Part shown: positions 19,264 through 29,235 of the stretch, in pieces
How the letters are laid out: every line of letters begins with the position of its first letter
How positions within the stretch are numbered: the first letter of the stretch is position 1
DNA from: Alkaliphilus sp.
GTDB lineage: Bacteria; Bacillota; Clostridia; Peptostreptococcales; NVVX01
Reading direction: 5' to 3'
Length of the DNA stretch: 64,000 bases
NCBI GenBank assembly: GCA_002733545.1
Contig: NVVX01000001.1
Span: 45,099 to 109,098, forward strand
Notes under the pieces: generated by a model
Told to the model about the DNA's origin: nothing
Database searches by the model: none
The model's input: the letters and a program-made list of their open reading frames with translations, nothing else
Made by a program: the position numbers and the translations under genes

Positions 19264-21387
19264 ATGAGTATATTAAATGGAACTAAGAGGATAAGTATGC
19301 TTTTATTTGTAATACTTGCACTACTAACTACTACTTTTGCTTGTACTAACCAAAATGAAACGACGAACTTATCACTTAATTCGGAAAGAATTAGGGAACA
19401 TTTAAATGTTTTAATTTCAGATGAGTTTGAGGGGAGGATGATTGCTACCAAAGGAAATGCCAAAACCATAAGTTATATTCAGGAGCATTTTAGTGAAATT
19501 GGTTTAATACCTGCAGGGAGTGACGGCTTTTTAACGGATTTCAAAGCCGTAGCGCCATCTCTAAAGTCACCAATTGTTTTTCGGGTACTTGACCATCATG
19601 GGAGTTTAGTGAGAGAACTTGTACAAGGTGAAGACTTTAAAACTAGATTTGACTCTTTTAGTATGGGTGGAAAATTTAGTGGGGAAACACATGTAATAAC
19701 CGAGCATCGAGAATTAGCTGATTTAGAAAAAAAGTTTGACAAGAAGGCAATACTAATTGATATGTCAGACGAGAAAATTACAGCAAATAGATTTGACGAG
19801 GAAGGAATTATCGAGTTACTTAAAATAAAACGTGCTGAAGTTATAATTTACAAGGAATCAGGTCCGTTGAATGTACGTGATATTCGGATAGGACTGAAAA
19901 ACACTTATATACCAGCAAGGGGGGTAATTCTCCTTGGCGTAAAGGAAGAAGTTTTTAATAGTTTGATTGAGTTTTCGAAAAAGGGATATAGTATTGAAGT
20001 TGATTCAGCATTAGCATTTAGTGAAATAGAAACTCACAATGTTTTAGGTGTAATACCAGGGACAAGTAGAAGTCGTAGCAATTATATTATGATTGCAACA
20101 TCATTTGATGGACTAGGAGTAGATGAACAAGGAACTATTCATAGAAGCATTACAAACAACGCAACAGCTGTAGCAACTATGTTAGAAATAGCAGAAACGA
20201 TAAAAGAAAATGATCTTACATTTGACTCAACAATAGTTTTTGCTGCATTTAATGGACAGCATACTGGGTTTGTCGGAATTAATGATTACGCAAGAAATAT
20301 GATTATTCCACATGACAGAACACAGGTAATAGTTTTAGAAAATATTGCAAGCAACGCAGGTAATCCACTAATCATAGGTACATTTGAAAGAGATGAAGCT
20401 ACTAGACAAAGATCAAGGCTACTTGTGAATAGACTCTCAGAAATTGCCATAATAAGTGGAGTAGAGCATACAACTGATTTTGAATATTTTATGTCTCAAC
20501 ATATGGCTTTTAGACATATGGGAACAGTAGCAGGGGTGTTAACTCACGGGCATATACAAGAACCAGCTACAAGTAGCTTGCTAGAGCAGCTAAGTAGTGC
20601 AAAAACAGCAGGGAATATAGCGCTTGGACATATTACTCAATATGCGAATATAGGGGTGATAGGTGACATTATACATCCATTTATGTATATGAGTCCGTTT
20701 ATATTTCTTTTGGCAATCTTATATATGTTAAAGTTCTACAAACGCCCTAAATCTGAAACTATATCTAGCAAGTATATCAATAAGATATTGGATTATCCAA
20801 TTGTTTCTACTACCTCATTATTTGTTGTGATAGGATTAGCGATAATATTACAGGTAAGACATTATGTAGCAGAGACTACAGGTGCGCTACACACAAATAT
20901 TGAGATAACTTTTGAATTAGTAATGATACATTTACTAGAAACAATTCCAGCTATGATACTATTGATATATCCTTTTTTGGTAATTTTAGTAGCAGTTGTA
21001 GTTTTGACCACTATTGCCATGATTGTATTTGCAAAAAAATCTTCAAATATTTACGCAATAATCACAATGATAATCACGTACTTCTCATTTTTGTTTGTAA
21101 TGATGAGTGTGTTTCGTTATGATTATTTAGTTGTCTTACCTAATTTACTTTCGTTTAACAACGCAGGAATAGTTCTACATACTATAATCACTTTAGTTTC
21201 TTTGCTAATTACGTTTATTTGGATGGCTGAAAAAAATAAGATAGAAGGCTACGATATGACTCACATAAAAGTTGCACTTTGTTATACTTTTGTATTTCTA
21301 ACAATTACGTTCATTACAGTTGCACCTTTTTTAAGTACAGACGAAATGTTTCAGTTAATGCAGTCGGGTAGTAGGGTTAGGTTTTAG
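19264..21387 (+). CDS. Second M28-peptidase-like lipoprotein with a C-terminal membrane domain; paralog of 1327-3498
   Basis: Shared blocks SDEFEGRMI, NYIMIATSFDGLG.DEQG, FDSTI.FAAFNG.HTG.VG and DRTQVI. Lipobox-like TTFAC. Confidence 0.8.
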   Translation: MSILNGTKRISMLLFVILALLTTTFACTNQNETTNLSLNSERIREHLNVLISDEFEGRMIATKGNAKTISYIQEHFSEIGLIPAGSDGFLTDFKAVAPSLKSPIVFRVLDHHGSLVRELVQGEDFKTRFDSFSMGGKFSGETHVITEHRELADLEKKFDKKAILIDMSDEKITANRFDEEGIIELLKIKRAEVIIYKESGPLNVRDIRIGLKNTYIPARGVILLGVKEEVFNSLIEFSKKGYSIEVDSALAFSEIETHNVLGVIPGTSRSRSNYIMIATSFDGLGVDEQGTIHRSITNNATAVATMLEIAETIKENDLTFDSTIVFAAFNGQHTGFVGINDYARNMIIPHDRTQVIVLENIASNAGNPLIIGTFERDEATRQRSRLLVNRLSEIAIISGVEHTTDFEYFMSQHMAFRHMGTVAGVLTHGHIQEPATSSLLEQLSSAKTAGNIALGHITQYANIGVIGDIIHPFMYMSPFIFLLAILYMLKFYKRPKSETISSKYINKILDYPIVSTTSLFVVIGLAIILQVRHYVAETTGALHTNIEITFELVMIHLLETIPAMILLIYPFLVILVAVVVLTTIAMIVFAKKSSNIYAIITMIITYFSFLFVMMSVFRYDYLVVLPNLLSFNNAGIVLHTIITLVSLLITFIWMAEKNKIEGYDMTHIKVALCYTFVFLTITFITVAPFLSTDEMFQLMQSGSRVRF

Positions 21388-21394
21388 ACTATAT

Positions 21395-21436
21395 TAAAGC
21401 TCTCGCAAAGTAAATTTTTATTTTGCGAGAGCTTTA
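21395..21436. terminator. Bidirectional terminator between convergent genes
   Basis: TAAAGCTCTCGCAAA / TTTGCGAGAGCTTTA. Confidence 0.8.
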
Positions 21437-21461
21437 TGTAAAGATCAAATTAGAGTATTAT

Positions 21462-22556
21462 TTAAACATTAAACCTAAACAAAATAACATCTCCATCTTT
21501 TACGATATAGTCTTTGCCTTCTAATCGAACTAGTCCTTTTTCTTTCGCAACAGCGTAAGTTCCACAGTCATTAATATCGTCATAAGCTACTATTTCTGCT
21601 CTAATAAAACCTCTTTCAAAATCAGTATGAATTTTGCCAGCAGCTTGCGGTGCTTTTAGTCCTTTTTTTAATGTCCAAGCTCTAGTTTCTTTTGGTCCAG
21701 CAGTTAAAAAACTAATTAGGCCCAGTAGTGAATAGGATGCCTTAATTAACTGATCTAAACCTGATTCTTGTAGTCCCAGTTCATCTAAGAACAGTTCTTT
21801 CTCTTCATCAACTAATTCTGAAATTTCAGCTTCTATTTTTGCACTAATAACTACAACTATAGCATCTTCGACTTTAGCATGCTCTCTTAGTTGCTGAACA
21901 TATTTATTGCTTTTTCCATCATCGGCAATATCTTCTTCAGATACGTTGGCTACATATATAACAGGTTTATTAGACAGCAAACTGAAGTTTTTGATAATCT
22001 CTAGTTCTGCTTCATCTAAATTCAAGGTGTATACAGGTTTTCCATTTTCTAACGCATCTTTTAATTTTTTTAGTAATTCAAGCTCTGGCAAAAGACTTTT
22101 ATCGCTTTTTGCTAATTTTCTAGCTTTTAAAATTCTTTTTTCAACTACTTCTAAATCAGAAAAAACTAGCTCTAAATTTATAGTTTCTATGTCACTTGCT
22201 GGATTAATTTTTCCATCAACGTGAATTACGTTAGAATCCTCAAAACACCTTACCACATGTAAAATGGCAGAAACTTCACGTATATGAGAAAGAAATTTAT
22301 TACCTAAACCTTCTCCTTTACTTGCACCTTTGACAAGACCAGCTATATCATAAAACTCTATAGCTGCAGGAATCACTTTTTCTGAATCATATATCTTTTC
22401 CAATCGATTCAATCTGTCATCAGGGACAGCAACTACTCCAACATTGGGTTCAATAGTGCAAAATGGATAATTGGCTGACTCAGCTCCTGCCTGAGTTATT
22501 GCATTAAACAGCGTACTTTTGCCAATGTTTGGCAATCCTACAATTCCTAGTTTCAC
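21462..22556 (-). CDS. ychF: Redox-regulated ATPase YchF
   Basis: GIVGLPNIGKSTLFN, NYPFCTIEPN, DIAGLVKGAS.GEGLGNKFL and the C-terminus DGDVILFRFNV. Confidence 0.97.
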   Translation of the reverse strand: MKLGIVGLPNIGKSTLFNAITQAGAESANYPFCTIEPNVGVVAVPDDRLNRLEKIYDSEKVIPAAIEFYDIAGLVKGASKGEGLGNKFLSHIREVSAILHVVRCFEDSNVIHVDGKINPASDIETINLELVFSDLEVVEKRILKARKLAKSDKSLLPELELLKKLKDALENGKPVYTLNLDEAELEIIKNFSLLSNKPVIYVANVSEEDIADDGKSNKYVQQLREHAKVEDAIVVVISAKIEAEISELVDEEKELFLDELGLQESGLDQLIKASYSLLGLISFLTAGPKETRAWTLKKGLKAPQAAGKIHTDFERGFIRAEIVAYDDINDCGTYAVAKEKGLVRLEGKDYIVKDGDVILFRFNV

Positions 22557-22802
22557 CTATAAATCGTCCTCTCATTTATCTTAATGCCGCTAGTTTTTGA
22601 TTGGCATTACTAATATTATTATCTTAAAAATCAAACAAATACGATTATACATGAAACTGCATATAAAAGCAATAATAACTGTGAGAAAAAAAATAACAAC
22701 TAAAACGCAAAAAAATAAATCTTGTAAAAAAAAACAATAAACGAAAAAGTTAACTAAATAATTAAATTAAATTGTGAGAGAATAGATGTAGGAGGTGTTT
22801 TA

Positions 22803-23357
22803 ATGAGAAAGAAAAAAATCTTGTATTTGATATCTTTACTTGTTTTTGTTTTGCTGCTAAGTGTAGGTTGTAGAGCTCCAGCGAGACCAGCACCACAACC
22901 TGCACCTAGAATTGAAGGAGAAGCACCAGACAGTGAATTAAATGATCGTAACGAGGGTATTATTGATAGAGACAGAAATGTTAACGATCGAGACAGAAAC
23001 ATAGGTGAAGATGCAGGAGATGAAGATTTTGCTAGGAGAGCTGAAAAAATTGCAAGCGAAGTAACGAAATTAAAAGACGTAAAAAGTGCATCTGTAGTTA
23101 TTTCTCAAAACACTGCTTTAGTAGGAGTTAATTTGACAGAAGATACTAAAGCTGAGCTAAACACAGACATAAAAAGCGATATAGAAGATGCGGTGAAAAA
23201 AGCTGATAGAGAGATTGATCGGGTTTCAATCACAGCAGATCCTGATTTATTAAGTAGAATAGAAAATATGGGAAGAGAAATAGGGCGAGGTCGCCCAATT
23301 AGTGGTTTCGGAAGAGAAATAGAAGAAATTGTTAGAAGAATTACACCAGGATCTTAG
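22803..23357 (+). CDS. YhcN/YlaJ-family sporulation lipoprotein
   Basis: Lipobox LSVGC. RAEKIA..V..ASVVI...TALVGV, VSITADPDL..RI and EIEEIVRRITP. Confidence 0.85.
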   Translation: MRKKKILYLISLLVFVLLLSVGCRAPARPAPQPAPRIEGEAPDSELNDRNEGIIDRDRNVNDRDRNIGEDAGDEDFARRAEKIASEVTKLKDVKSASVVISQNTALVGVNLTEDTKAELNTDIKSDIEDAVKKADREIDRVSITADPDLLSRIENMGREIGRGRPISGFGREIEEIVRRITPGS

Positions 23358-23363
23358 ATTTAG

Positions 23364-23406
23364 AAAATGAAAAAAGGTGGTAAAGTCCATCTTTTTTTCA
23401 TTTTTT
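23364..23406 (+). terminator. Intrinsic terminator
   Basis: AAAATGAAAAAAGGTGG / CCATCTTTTTTTCATTTT. Confidence 0.7.
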
Positions 23407-23527
23407 GAGTGATGAAAGATTAAAACCTGTTGCATACTTAAAAAAGTGGGAATTATATCAACTTCGATTAAGTTATCAAAGTATAAAATAGCTAAATGAT
23501 TTAACACGAGTAATAATTTAATTAGAT

Positions 23528-23556
23528 TTGACATTTCAAGTATCCTTCACTATAAT
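23528..23556 (+). promoter_or_regulatory. Consensus SigA promoter upstream of lgt
   Basis: TTGACA-N17-TATAAT, an exact match. Confidence 0.85.
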
Positions 23557-23698
23557 TGGCATAGAGTTATTTAAAATTTTACCCATTATAGAGTAATGAA
23601 TGTTTGATGAATAGGATTATTAACCAATTTATTTTGGATTTAAAACCTCGTTGTGTATTTGTGAAATATATGGGTAAATATGAATAGGAGAGATAAAA

Positions 23699-24427
23699 AT
23701 GAATCCGATAGCATTTGAATTGTTTGGTATAAGTATAGGATGGTATGGAATAATTATTTCTTTAGGGATACTGCTAGGGGTAGTTCTTGCTACGTACAGA
23801 GCAAAAAGAGAAAATCTTCCTGAGGATACGATTATTGATTTAGTGCTTTGGGCTGTTCCGATCGCTGTTGTTGGAACTAGGATTTACTATGTGGCATTTA
23901 ACTGGAGTTATTATGGTCAAAATTTGATCGAAATTTTCAATGTACGTCAAGGTGGTCTTGCAATACATGGAGGTATTATTGCTGGAGTATCAGTTGGTTA
24001 TTTTTTCTCTAAAATTAAAAACATTAGTTTTTGGAAACTTGCAGATATTTGTGCTCCAAGTATTATTTTAGGTCAGGCAATAGGTAGGTGGGGAAATTTT
24101 ATAAATCAAGAAGCGTATGGTAGACCAACGGAACTACCTTGGGCAATAGAAATAAACGGTGTTAACGTGCATCCTACTTTTTTATACGAATCTTTATGGA
24201 ATTTATTGGTGTTCGCTTTTCTTCTGTATTTTACCAAAAGAAAAAAATTCGATGGACAGATTTTTTTGCTCTATGTAGGCATGTACTCGTTCGCAAGGTT
24301 TTTTATTGAAGCTTTAAGAGTAGATAGCTTGATGTTTGGTTCATTCAGAATAGCACAAGTAATTAGCGTGGTAACAATTATAGGTGCTATAGGTGTTGGA
24401 CTGTATTTAGATAAGAAATGTGATTAG
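23699..24427 (+). CDS. lgt: Prolipoprotein diacylglyceryl transferase
   Basis: WYG, GGLAIHGG, QAIGRWGNFINQEAYG and HPTFLYES. Confidence 0.96.
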   Translation: MNPIAFELFGISIGWYGIIISLGILLGVVLATYRAKRENLPEDTIIDLVLWAVPIAVVGTRIYYVAFNWSYYGQNLIEIFNVRQGGLAIHGGIIAGVSVGYFFSKIKNISFWKLADICAPSIILGQAIGRWGNFINQEAYGRPTELPWAIEINGVNVHPTFLYESLWNLLVFAFLLYFTKRKKFDGQIFLLYVGMYSFARFFIEALRVDSLMFGSFRIAQVISVVTIIGAIGVGLYLDKKCD

Positions 24428-24442
24428 TAAGGAAATTTTTTG

Positions 24443-24471
24443 TTGACAATTTACATTGTTTGCTGTAACAT
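24443..24471 (+). promoter_or_regulatory. Probable SigA promoter for the Spo0E-like gene
   Basis: TTGACA-N17-TAACAT. Confidence 0.6.
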
Positions 24472-24613
24472 ATATATTGTGTGAAATTTAAATGTTGTAA
24501 TATGACAGGTGAATGTAGAGTCTACAACTCACTGTCGCCTTGTATATGCTTTGAAATATTATGAGATGCTACATTTAGACACGTAAAAGACCAATAATTG
24601 TTGAGGTGACAAT

Positions 24614-24766
24614 ATGTTAATGCAAAAAATTGCTTTTTTAAGAAAAAAAATAAATGAACTTATTGTAACAAATAGAAGCTCAGAAGAATTGCAAGATTTG
24701 AGCAGAGAACTTGATAAGCTAATAATAGAATATTACTCAAATAAAAAAAATACTGCCCTACATTAA
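24614..24766 (+). CDS. Spo0E-family aspartyl-phosphate phosphatase-like protein (50 aa); not in the ORF track
   Basis: RBS GAGGTG. MLMQKIAFLRKKINELIVTNRSSEELQDLSRELDKLIIEYY contains a variant of the SQELD-x-LI signature. Has its own terminator. Confidence 0.8.
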   Translation: MLMQKIAFLRKKINELIVTNRSSEELQDLSRELDKLIIEYYSNKKNTALH

Positions 24767-24774
24767 GATTATAT

Positions 24775-24802
24775 AACACTCTGAATTCGAGGGTGTTTTT
24801 TT
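24775..24802 (+). terminator. Intrinsic terminator
   Basis: AACACTCT-loop-AGGGTGTT followed by a T tract. Confidence 0.7.
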
Positions 24803-24882
24803 ATGTGAAAAAAGCGAATAAAACAACGAATTAGTACTCAAGCACTAATTCAATTTTTATTGCAATATTTTTTTTGAAAAAA

Positions 24883-24945
24883 GAAGGATTCTATAAAGAA
24901 AGGTAGAAATAATAAAAAAGTGGTACAAAGTGGATTGAAGTGGGG
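24883..24945 (+). promoter_or_regulatory. mraZ regulatory region with three MraZ-binding repeats and a possible SigH promoter
   Basis: AAGTGG occurs at 24918, 24928 and 24938 (10-bp period). AGGA-N17-GAAA lies upstream. Confidence 0.8.
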
Positions 24946-24964
24946 AATATAACCCTAAGGTGGG

Positions 24965-25402
24965 ATGTACATGTTTATTGGCGAATATAATCATAGTATT
25001 GATGTAAAAGGAAGAGTGAGCGTCCCTGCAAAATTTAGGGAAACATTAGGCAGTTCATTTATTATTACTAAAGGGTTGGATAACTGTCTTTTTATTTATC
25101 CGCAAAATGAATGGGCAGTATTAGAAAAAAAATTAAAGCAACTTCCTATGACCAATAAAGATGCACGAGCTTTTGTTAGATTTTTCTTTGCAGGCGCATC
25201 AGAATGTGAGCTAGATAATCAGGGAAGAATAAGAATACCAAATAATCTAAGAGAACATGCACATTTAGAAAAAGAAGCGGTAATAATTGGCGTTGCTACA
25301 AGAATTGAGGTCTGGAGTCATGATGAATGGAGAGATTATAACGATAATGCAAACCTCAGTTATGATGAAATCGCTTCAAGAATGGAAGAAATGGGAATCT
25401 AA
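24965..25402 (+). CDS. mraZ: Transcriptional regulator MraZ
   Basis: [23 protein letters not shown] and [10 protein letters not shown]. The start may be ATG 24971. Confidence 0.96.
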   Translation: MYMFIGEYNHSIDVKGRVSVPAKFRETLGSSFIITKGLDNCLFIYPQNEWAVLEKKLKQLPMTNKDARAFVRFFFAGASECELDNQGRIRIPNNLREHAHLEKEAVIIGVATRIEVWSHDEWRDYNDNANLSYDEIASRMEEMGI

Positions 25403-25423
25403 AAGGATACATGAGGTGATGAA

Positions 25424-26359
25424 ATGAATTTTGAACATAAACCGGTATTACTAAACGAGTGCCTTGAAAACTTGAATATTGCTCATAACGGAGTCTATGT
25501 GGACGGGACTTTAGGTGGTGCTGGACATTCTATAGAGATAGTAAAATTATTAGGTGAAAATGGAATGCTTATAGGGATTGATCAAGATGAGAATGCAATA
25601 GAAGCTGCAAAAATAAAGCTAACAGACTATTCCGACAAAATCAAAATAGTGCGTGATAACTTTAGCAATTTAGAAAATATATTAAATGACCTAAATGTAG
25701 ATGAAATTGATGGCATTTTGTTGGATTTAGGTGTCTCATCGCATCAATTAGATGAACCAGAAAGAGGCTTTTCCTATAACGAGGATGCACCTTTAGATAT
25801 GCGTATGGACAATCGCGCTAAAGTTTCTGCAAAAACAGTTGTCAATACCTACAGTTTGGCGGATTTAGAAAGAATTATAAAGGAATTTGGCGAGGAGAGA
25901 TGGGCTAGAAGAATTGCTAATTTTATAGTTGAACATAGAGTTGAAAAAGAAATAGCTACAACATTTGAGTTGGTAGATATAATAAAAAAAGCTGTTCCTA
26001 AGAGTGCAAGAAGAGATGGACCGCACCCAGGAAGAAGAACTTTTCAAGCGATAAGAATAGAAGTAAATAAAGAACTTGAAATAATTGAGAAAACTATATA
26101 TACAGCTGTTAAAAAATTAAGGAAAGGTGGAAGAATTTGTATTATAACCTTTCATTCACTAGAAGATAGAATAGTTAAAAATACATATAAAAAATTGTTC
26201 AACCCTTGCACATGTCCGCACAATTTTCCAATATGTAAATGCGGTTTGCAAAGACAGATTAAAATAATAACTAGAAAGCCAATAATTTCAAATGAAGAAG
26301 AATTGCAGTTAAATCCTAGAGCGAGAAGTGCAAAATTAAGAGTTGCTGAGAAAATATAA
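25424..26359 (+). CDS. rsmH: 16S rRNA m4C1402 methyltransferase
   Basis: [40 protein letters not shown] and [10 protein letters not shown]. Confidence 0.97.
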   Translation: MNFEHKPVLLNECLENLNIAHNGVYVDGTLGGAGHSIEIVKLLGENGMLIGIDQDENAIEAAKIKLTDYSDKIKIVRDNFSNLENILNDLNVDEIDGILLDLGVSSHQLDEPERGFSYNEDAPLDMRMDNRAKVSAKTVVNTYSLADLERIIKEFGEERWARRIANFIVEHRVEKEIATTFELVDIIKKAVPKSARRDGPHPGRRTFQAIRIEVNKELEIIEKTIYTAVKKLRKGGRICIITFHSLEDRIVKNTYKKLFNPCTCPHNFPICKCGLQRQIKIITRKPIISNEEELQLNPRARSAKLRVAEKI

Positions 26360-26456
26360 AATAGCCGATGATTCTAGACGTTTGCAAAAGAGCAAGTTTC
26401 TGCCTAAGTCGCTTTAGTTACATATTTGTTCTAAAAAATTAAGGAGGTGAATAAAC

Positions 26457-26954
26457 TTGGAACTAGCAAGGAAAGAATACTACGAATTAGATGCACAACT
26501 ACAGCCTCAAAAACAGATGAAAAATGATAATAAAAAAAATAAAGAAAGCAACCAAAAGTCAATGTTAGTTTCTTGCATTGCTTTGATTTTCTTGATGAGC
26601 ATAACACTATTATTTAGATATTCATCAATTATTGAAGCAAGGCACCAAGTTTATTCCCTTAATAATCAACTTGAACTATTAACAAATCAAAAAAGAATGC
26701 TTAATATTGATATGGAAAGAGCTATAACATCTGAATGGATTGAACAAGAGGCTATGAAGAGATTAGACATGAATTATCCAACTGTTGAGAAAACACATTT
26801 TTTTGCTGTTGATCAAGTTAGACTTGCTAAATTAACAAAGCAAATAGAAAATGAAAATAGAATCGAATTGGTGAAAAAGCCAAAGAACAAAGCAAGTTTA
26901 TTTGCAAGATTCTTTAGTTCGGTTGTTGGATTGTTAGATAACACTGATTCTTAA
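26457..26954 (+). CDS. ftsL: Cell division protein FtsL-like
   Basis: Lies between rsmH and the PBP gene. One TM helix followed by a coiled coil and IEQEAMKRLDMNYP. Confidence 0.7.
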   Translation: MELARKEYYELDAQLQPQKQMKNDNKKNKESNQKSMLVSCIALIFLMSITLLFRYSSIIEARHQVYSLNNQLELLTNQKRMLNIDMERAITSEWIEQEAMKRLDMNYPTVEKTHFFAVDQVRLAKLTKQIENENRIELVKKPKNKASLFARFFSSVVGLLDNTDS

Positions 26955-26992
26955 CATTGCTAGTCATCTAAGAAATAGAGGGGGAAAAGAGT

Positions 26993-29155
26993 TTGTCTCA
27001 GCCAAGCATTTCAAGCAAAAGAAGATTGCTTTGGATTTTTATGGTGATAATTATTGTGTTTTTTGCTCTTATTGTTAGACTTGGGTATATACAAATCGTA
27101 ATGGGAGAGAAGTATAAAACATTGGCAAATATACAACAAACTAGGGACATACCGATACCAGCAAAACGAGGGAAAATACTAGATAGAAATGGAAAAGTGC
27201 TAGCAGTAAGTGCTAGCACTAATACTGTTTGGGCAAAGCCTAGAGAGATTAGCAATGTAGAAACAACTGCAAGAAAACTTGCCGCAATTTTGGACATTAA
27301 TGAATTAGAAATTGCTGAGAGAATAGATAATAAGAAACATGGGCTCGTTAGAGTTGCTAAATGGGTAGATGACGAATATGCGCAAATGATTAGAGTAGCA
27401 AATTTACCAGGGGTATGGATTGCAGAAGATAGCAAAAGACATTACCCTTATGGAAGTTTTGCAGCCCATATAATAGGTCATACAACTCACGACGGTAAAG
27501 GGATGGTAGGAATTGAATTAGCATTCGACAGTTATTTAAGAGGAACCCCTGGTAGATGGATTAAAAGCACTGATGGAGCAGGTAGGCAGTTACCATTTGG
27601 CATAGAACAATACTTTCAGCCAGAAGAAGGTGTAAGTATTGTTCTTACAATTGATGAAACTATACAACATTTTTCGGAAAAAGCTGTTCATAGCGCATTT
27701 GAAATTAATTTAGCTAAAAGTGTAACTGCTATTGTAATGGATATTAAATCTGGTGATATTTTAGCAATGGCAATATCTCCTGAATTTGATCCTAACAATC
27801 CTAGAGTGCCTTTAGACGAAATACTATACCAAGAAATGCAAATTATGGAGAATGATGAAAAATTAGACACTTGGTTTGCAATGTGGAGGAATACTGCTGT
27901 TAGTGATATATATGAGCCAGGATCAACTTTTAAACTGATAACAACTGCCATAGCACTAGAACTTAACGAAGTTCAGACAAATAGTCAATTTTATTGTACT
28001 GGTTCAATTCAAGTTGCTGATAGAATAATTAGATGCTGGCGGCACTACAATCCGCATGGAAATCAAACACTGGCAGAGGCTGTTCAGAATTCTTGTAATC
28101 CTGTATTTGTTGATTTAGGGATGAGAATCGGGTTGGATTCTTTTTACGAGTATCTTGATGCTTTTGGTTTTGCAGATAGAACAGGGATTGATTTGCCGGG
28201 CGAGAGTAACTCTTTACTACTGCGAAAATCTTCTGTAGGTCCAGTAGAATTAGCTACAATATCTTTTGGGCAAGGCATAGCAATAACACCACTACAATTA
28301 ATAACTGCAGTTTCTGCAATCGCAAACGATGGAATGATGATGAGACCACGAATAGTAAAAGAACTACTTGACAGTGAAGGAAACAGCATAAAGAATTTTG
28401 AAGAAACATTTGTAAGGCAAGTTGTTTCTAAGAAGACTTCGGAAACGATGTTAGAAATAATGGAGTCGGTAGTTACTGATGGTTCAGGTAGAAATGCATA
28501 TATTCCTGGATATAGAGTAGGTGGAAAAACTGGAACTTCGCAAAAAGTTATAGATGGAGCTTACAAAGAAGGATTTTATGTAGCTTCTTTTATTGGAGTA
28601 GCCCCTTCAAATAATCCTACACTAGCAGTACTAGTTATAGTAGATGAACCAAATGGTGTAAGTAACTTTGGAAGTATAACTGCAGCACCAGTAGTAAGGG
28701 AAATACTAGAAGAAAGTCTAAGATACTTGGATATAAAGCCTAGCTATACTGAAGAAGAGGCTAAGGAACTGTTACTAGAAGACGTAGTTGTTCCAGAGGT
28801 AAGAAAAATGACTTTACAAGAAGCGACGAAAGTCTTAGCTAAAAGCAGTTTAAAATATAACGTGGAAACAATAAATTATAGTGATGAAAATGCAATTATT
28901 GTTGATATGTTCCCTAAGCCAAAGGCTGTGGTGCCAGAAAATTCAATAATTCTATTATACACATCTAATTCTAAAGATGAGTCTTTTGTATCAGTACCTG
29001 ACTTTACAGGTATGACAATAGCAGAGACGAATAATTTACTTAGAAAAATTGGACTTCGCCTAAGAGTGCAAGGTAGTGGGTTTGCAACTAGTCAGTTTCC
29101 ACGAGCTAGCACAAGTGTTACACCAGGAACCATTGTTAGTGTCGAGTTTGAGTAA
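26993..29155 (+). CDS. spoVD: Class B penicillin-binding protein (SpoVD/FtsI-like) with two PASTA domains
   Basis: RGKILDRNG, EPGSTFK (SxxK), SCN (SxN), KTGT and C-terminal PASTA repeats. Confidence 0.88.
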   Translation: MSQPSISSKRRLLWIFMVIIIVFFALIVRLGYIQIVMGEKYKTLANIQQTRDIPIPAKRGKILDRNGKVLAVSASTNTVWAKPREISNVETTARKLAAILDINELEIAERIDNKKHGLVRVAKWVDDEYAQMIRVANLPGVWIAEDSKRHYPYGSFAAHIIGHTTHDGKGMVGIELAFDSYLRGTPGRWIKSTDGAGRQLPFGIEQYFQPEEGVSIVLTIDETIQHFSEKAVHSAFEINLAKSVTAIVMDIKSGDILAMAISPEFDPNNPRVPLDEILYQEMQIMENDEKLDTWFAMWRNTAVSDIYEPGSTFKLITTAIALELNEVQTNSQFYCTGSIQVADRIIRCWRHYNPHGNQTLAEAVQNSCNPVFVDLGMRIGLDSFYEYLDAFGFADRTGIDLPGESNSLLLRKSSVGPVELATISFGQGIAITPLQLITAVSAIANDGMMMRPRIVKELLDSEGNSIKNFEETFVRQVVSKKTSETMLEIMESVVTDGSGRNAYIPGYRVGGKTGTSQKVIDGAYKEGFYVASFIGVAPSNNPTLAVLVIVDEPNGVSNFGSITAAPVVREILEESLRYLDIKPSYTEEEAKELLLEDVVVPEVRKMTLQEATKVLAKSSLKYNVETINYSDENAIIVDMFPKPKAVVPENSIILLYTSNSKDESFVSVPDFTGMTIAETNNLLRKIGLRLRVQGSGFATSQFPRASTSVTPGTIVSVEFE

Positions 29156-29235
29156 AATTGAATTTAAGTGGATATATTCTATATCATGCTATATAATATA
29201 GAATATCATGGTTTGAAAGCTACGGAGGATAATCT

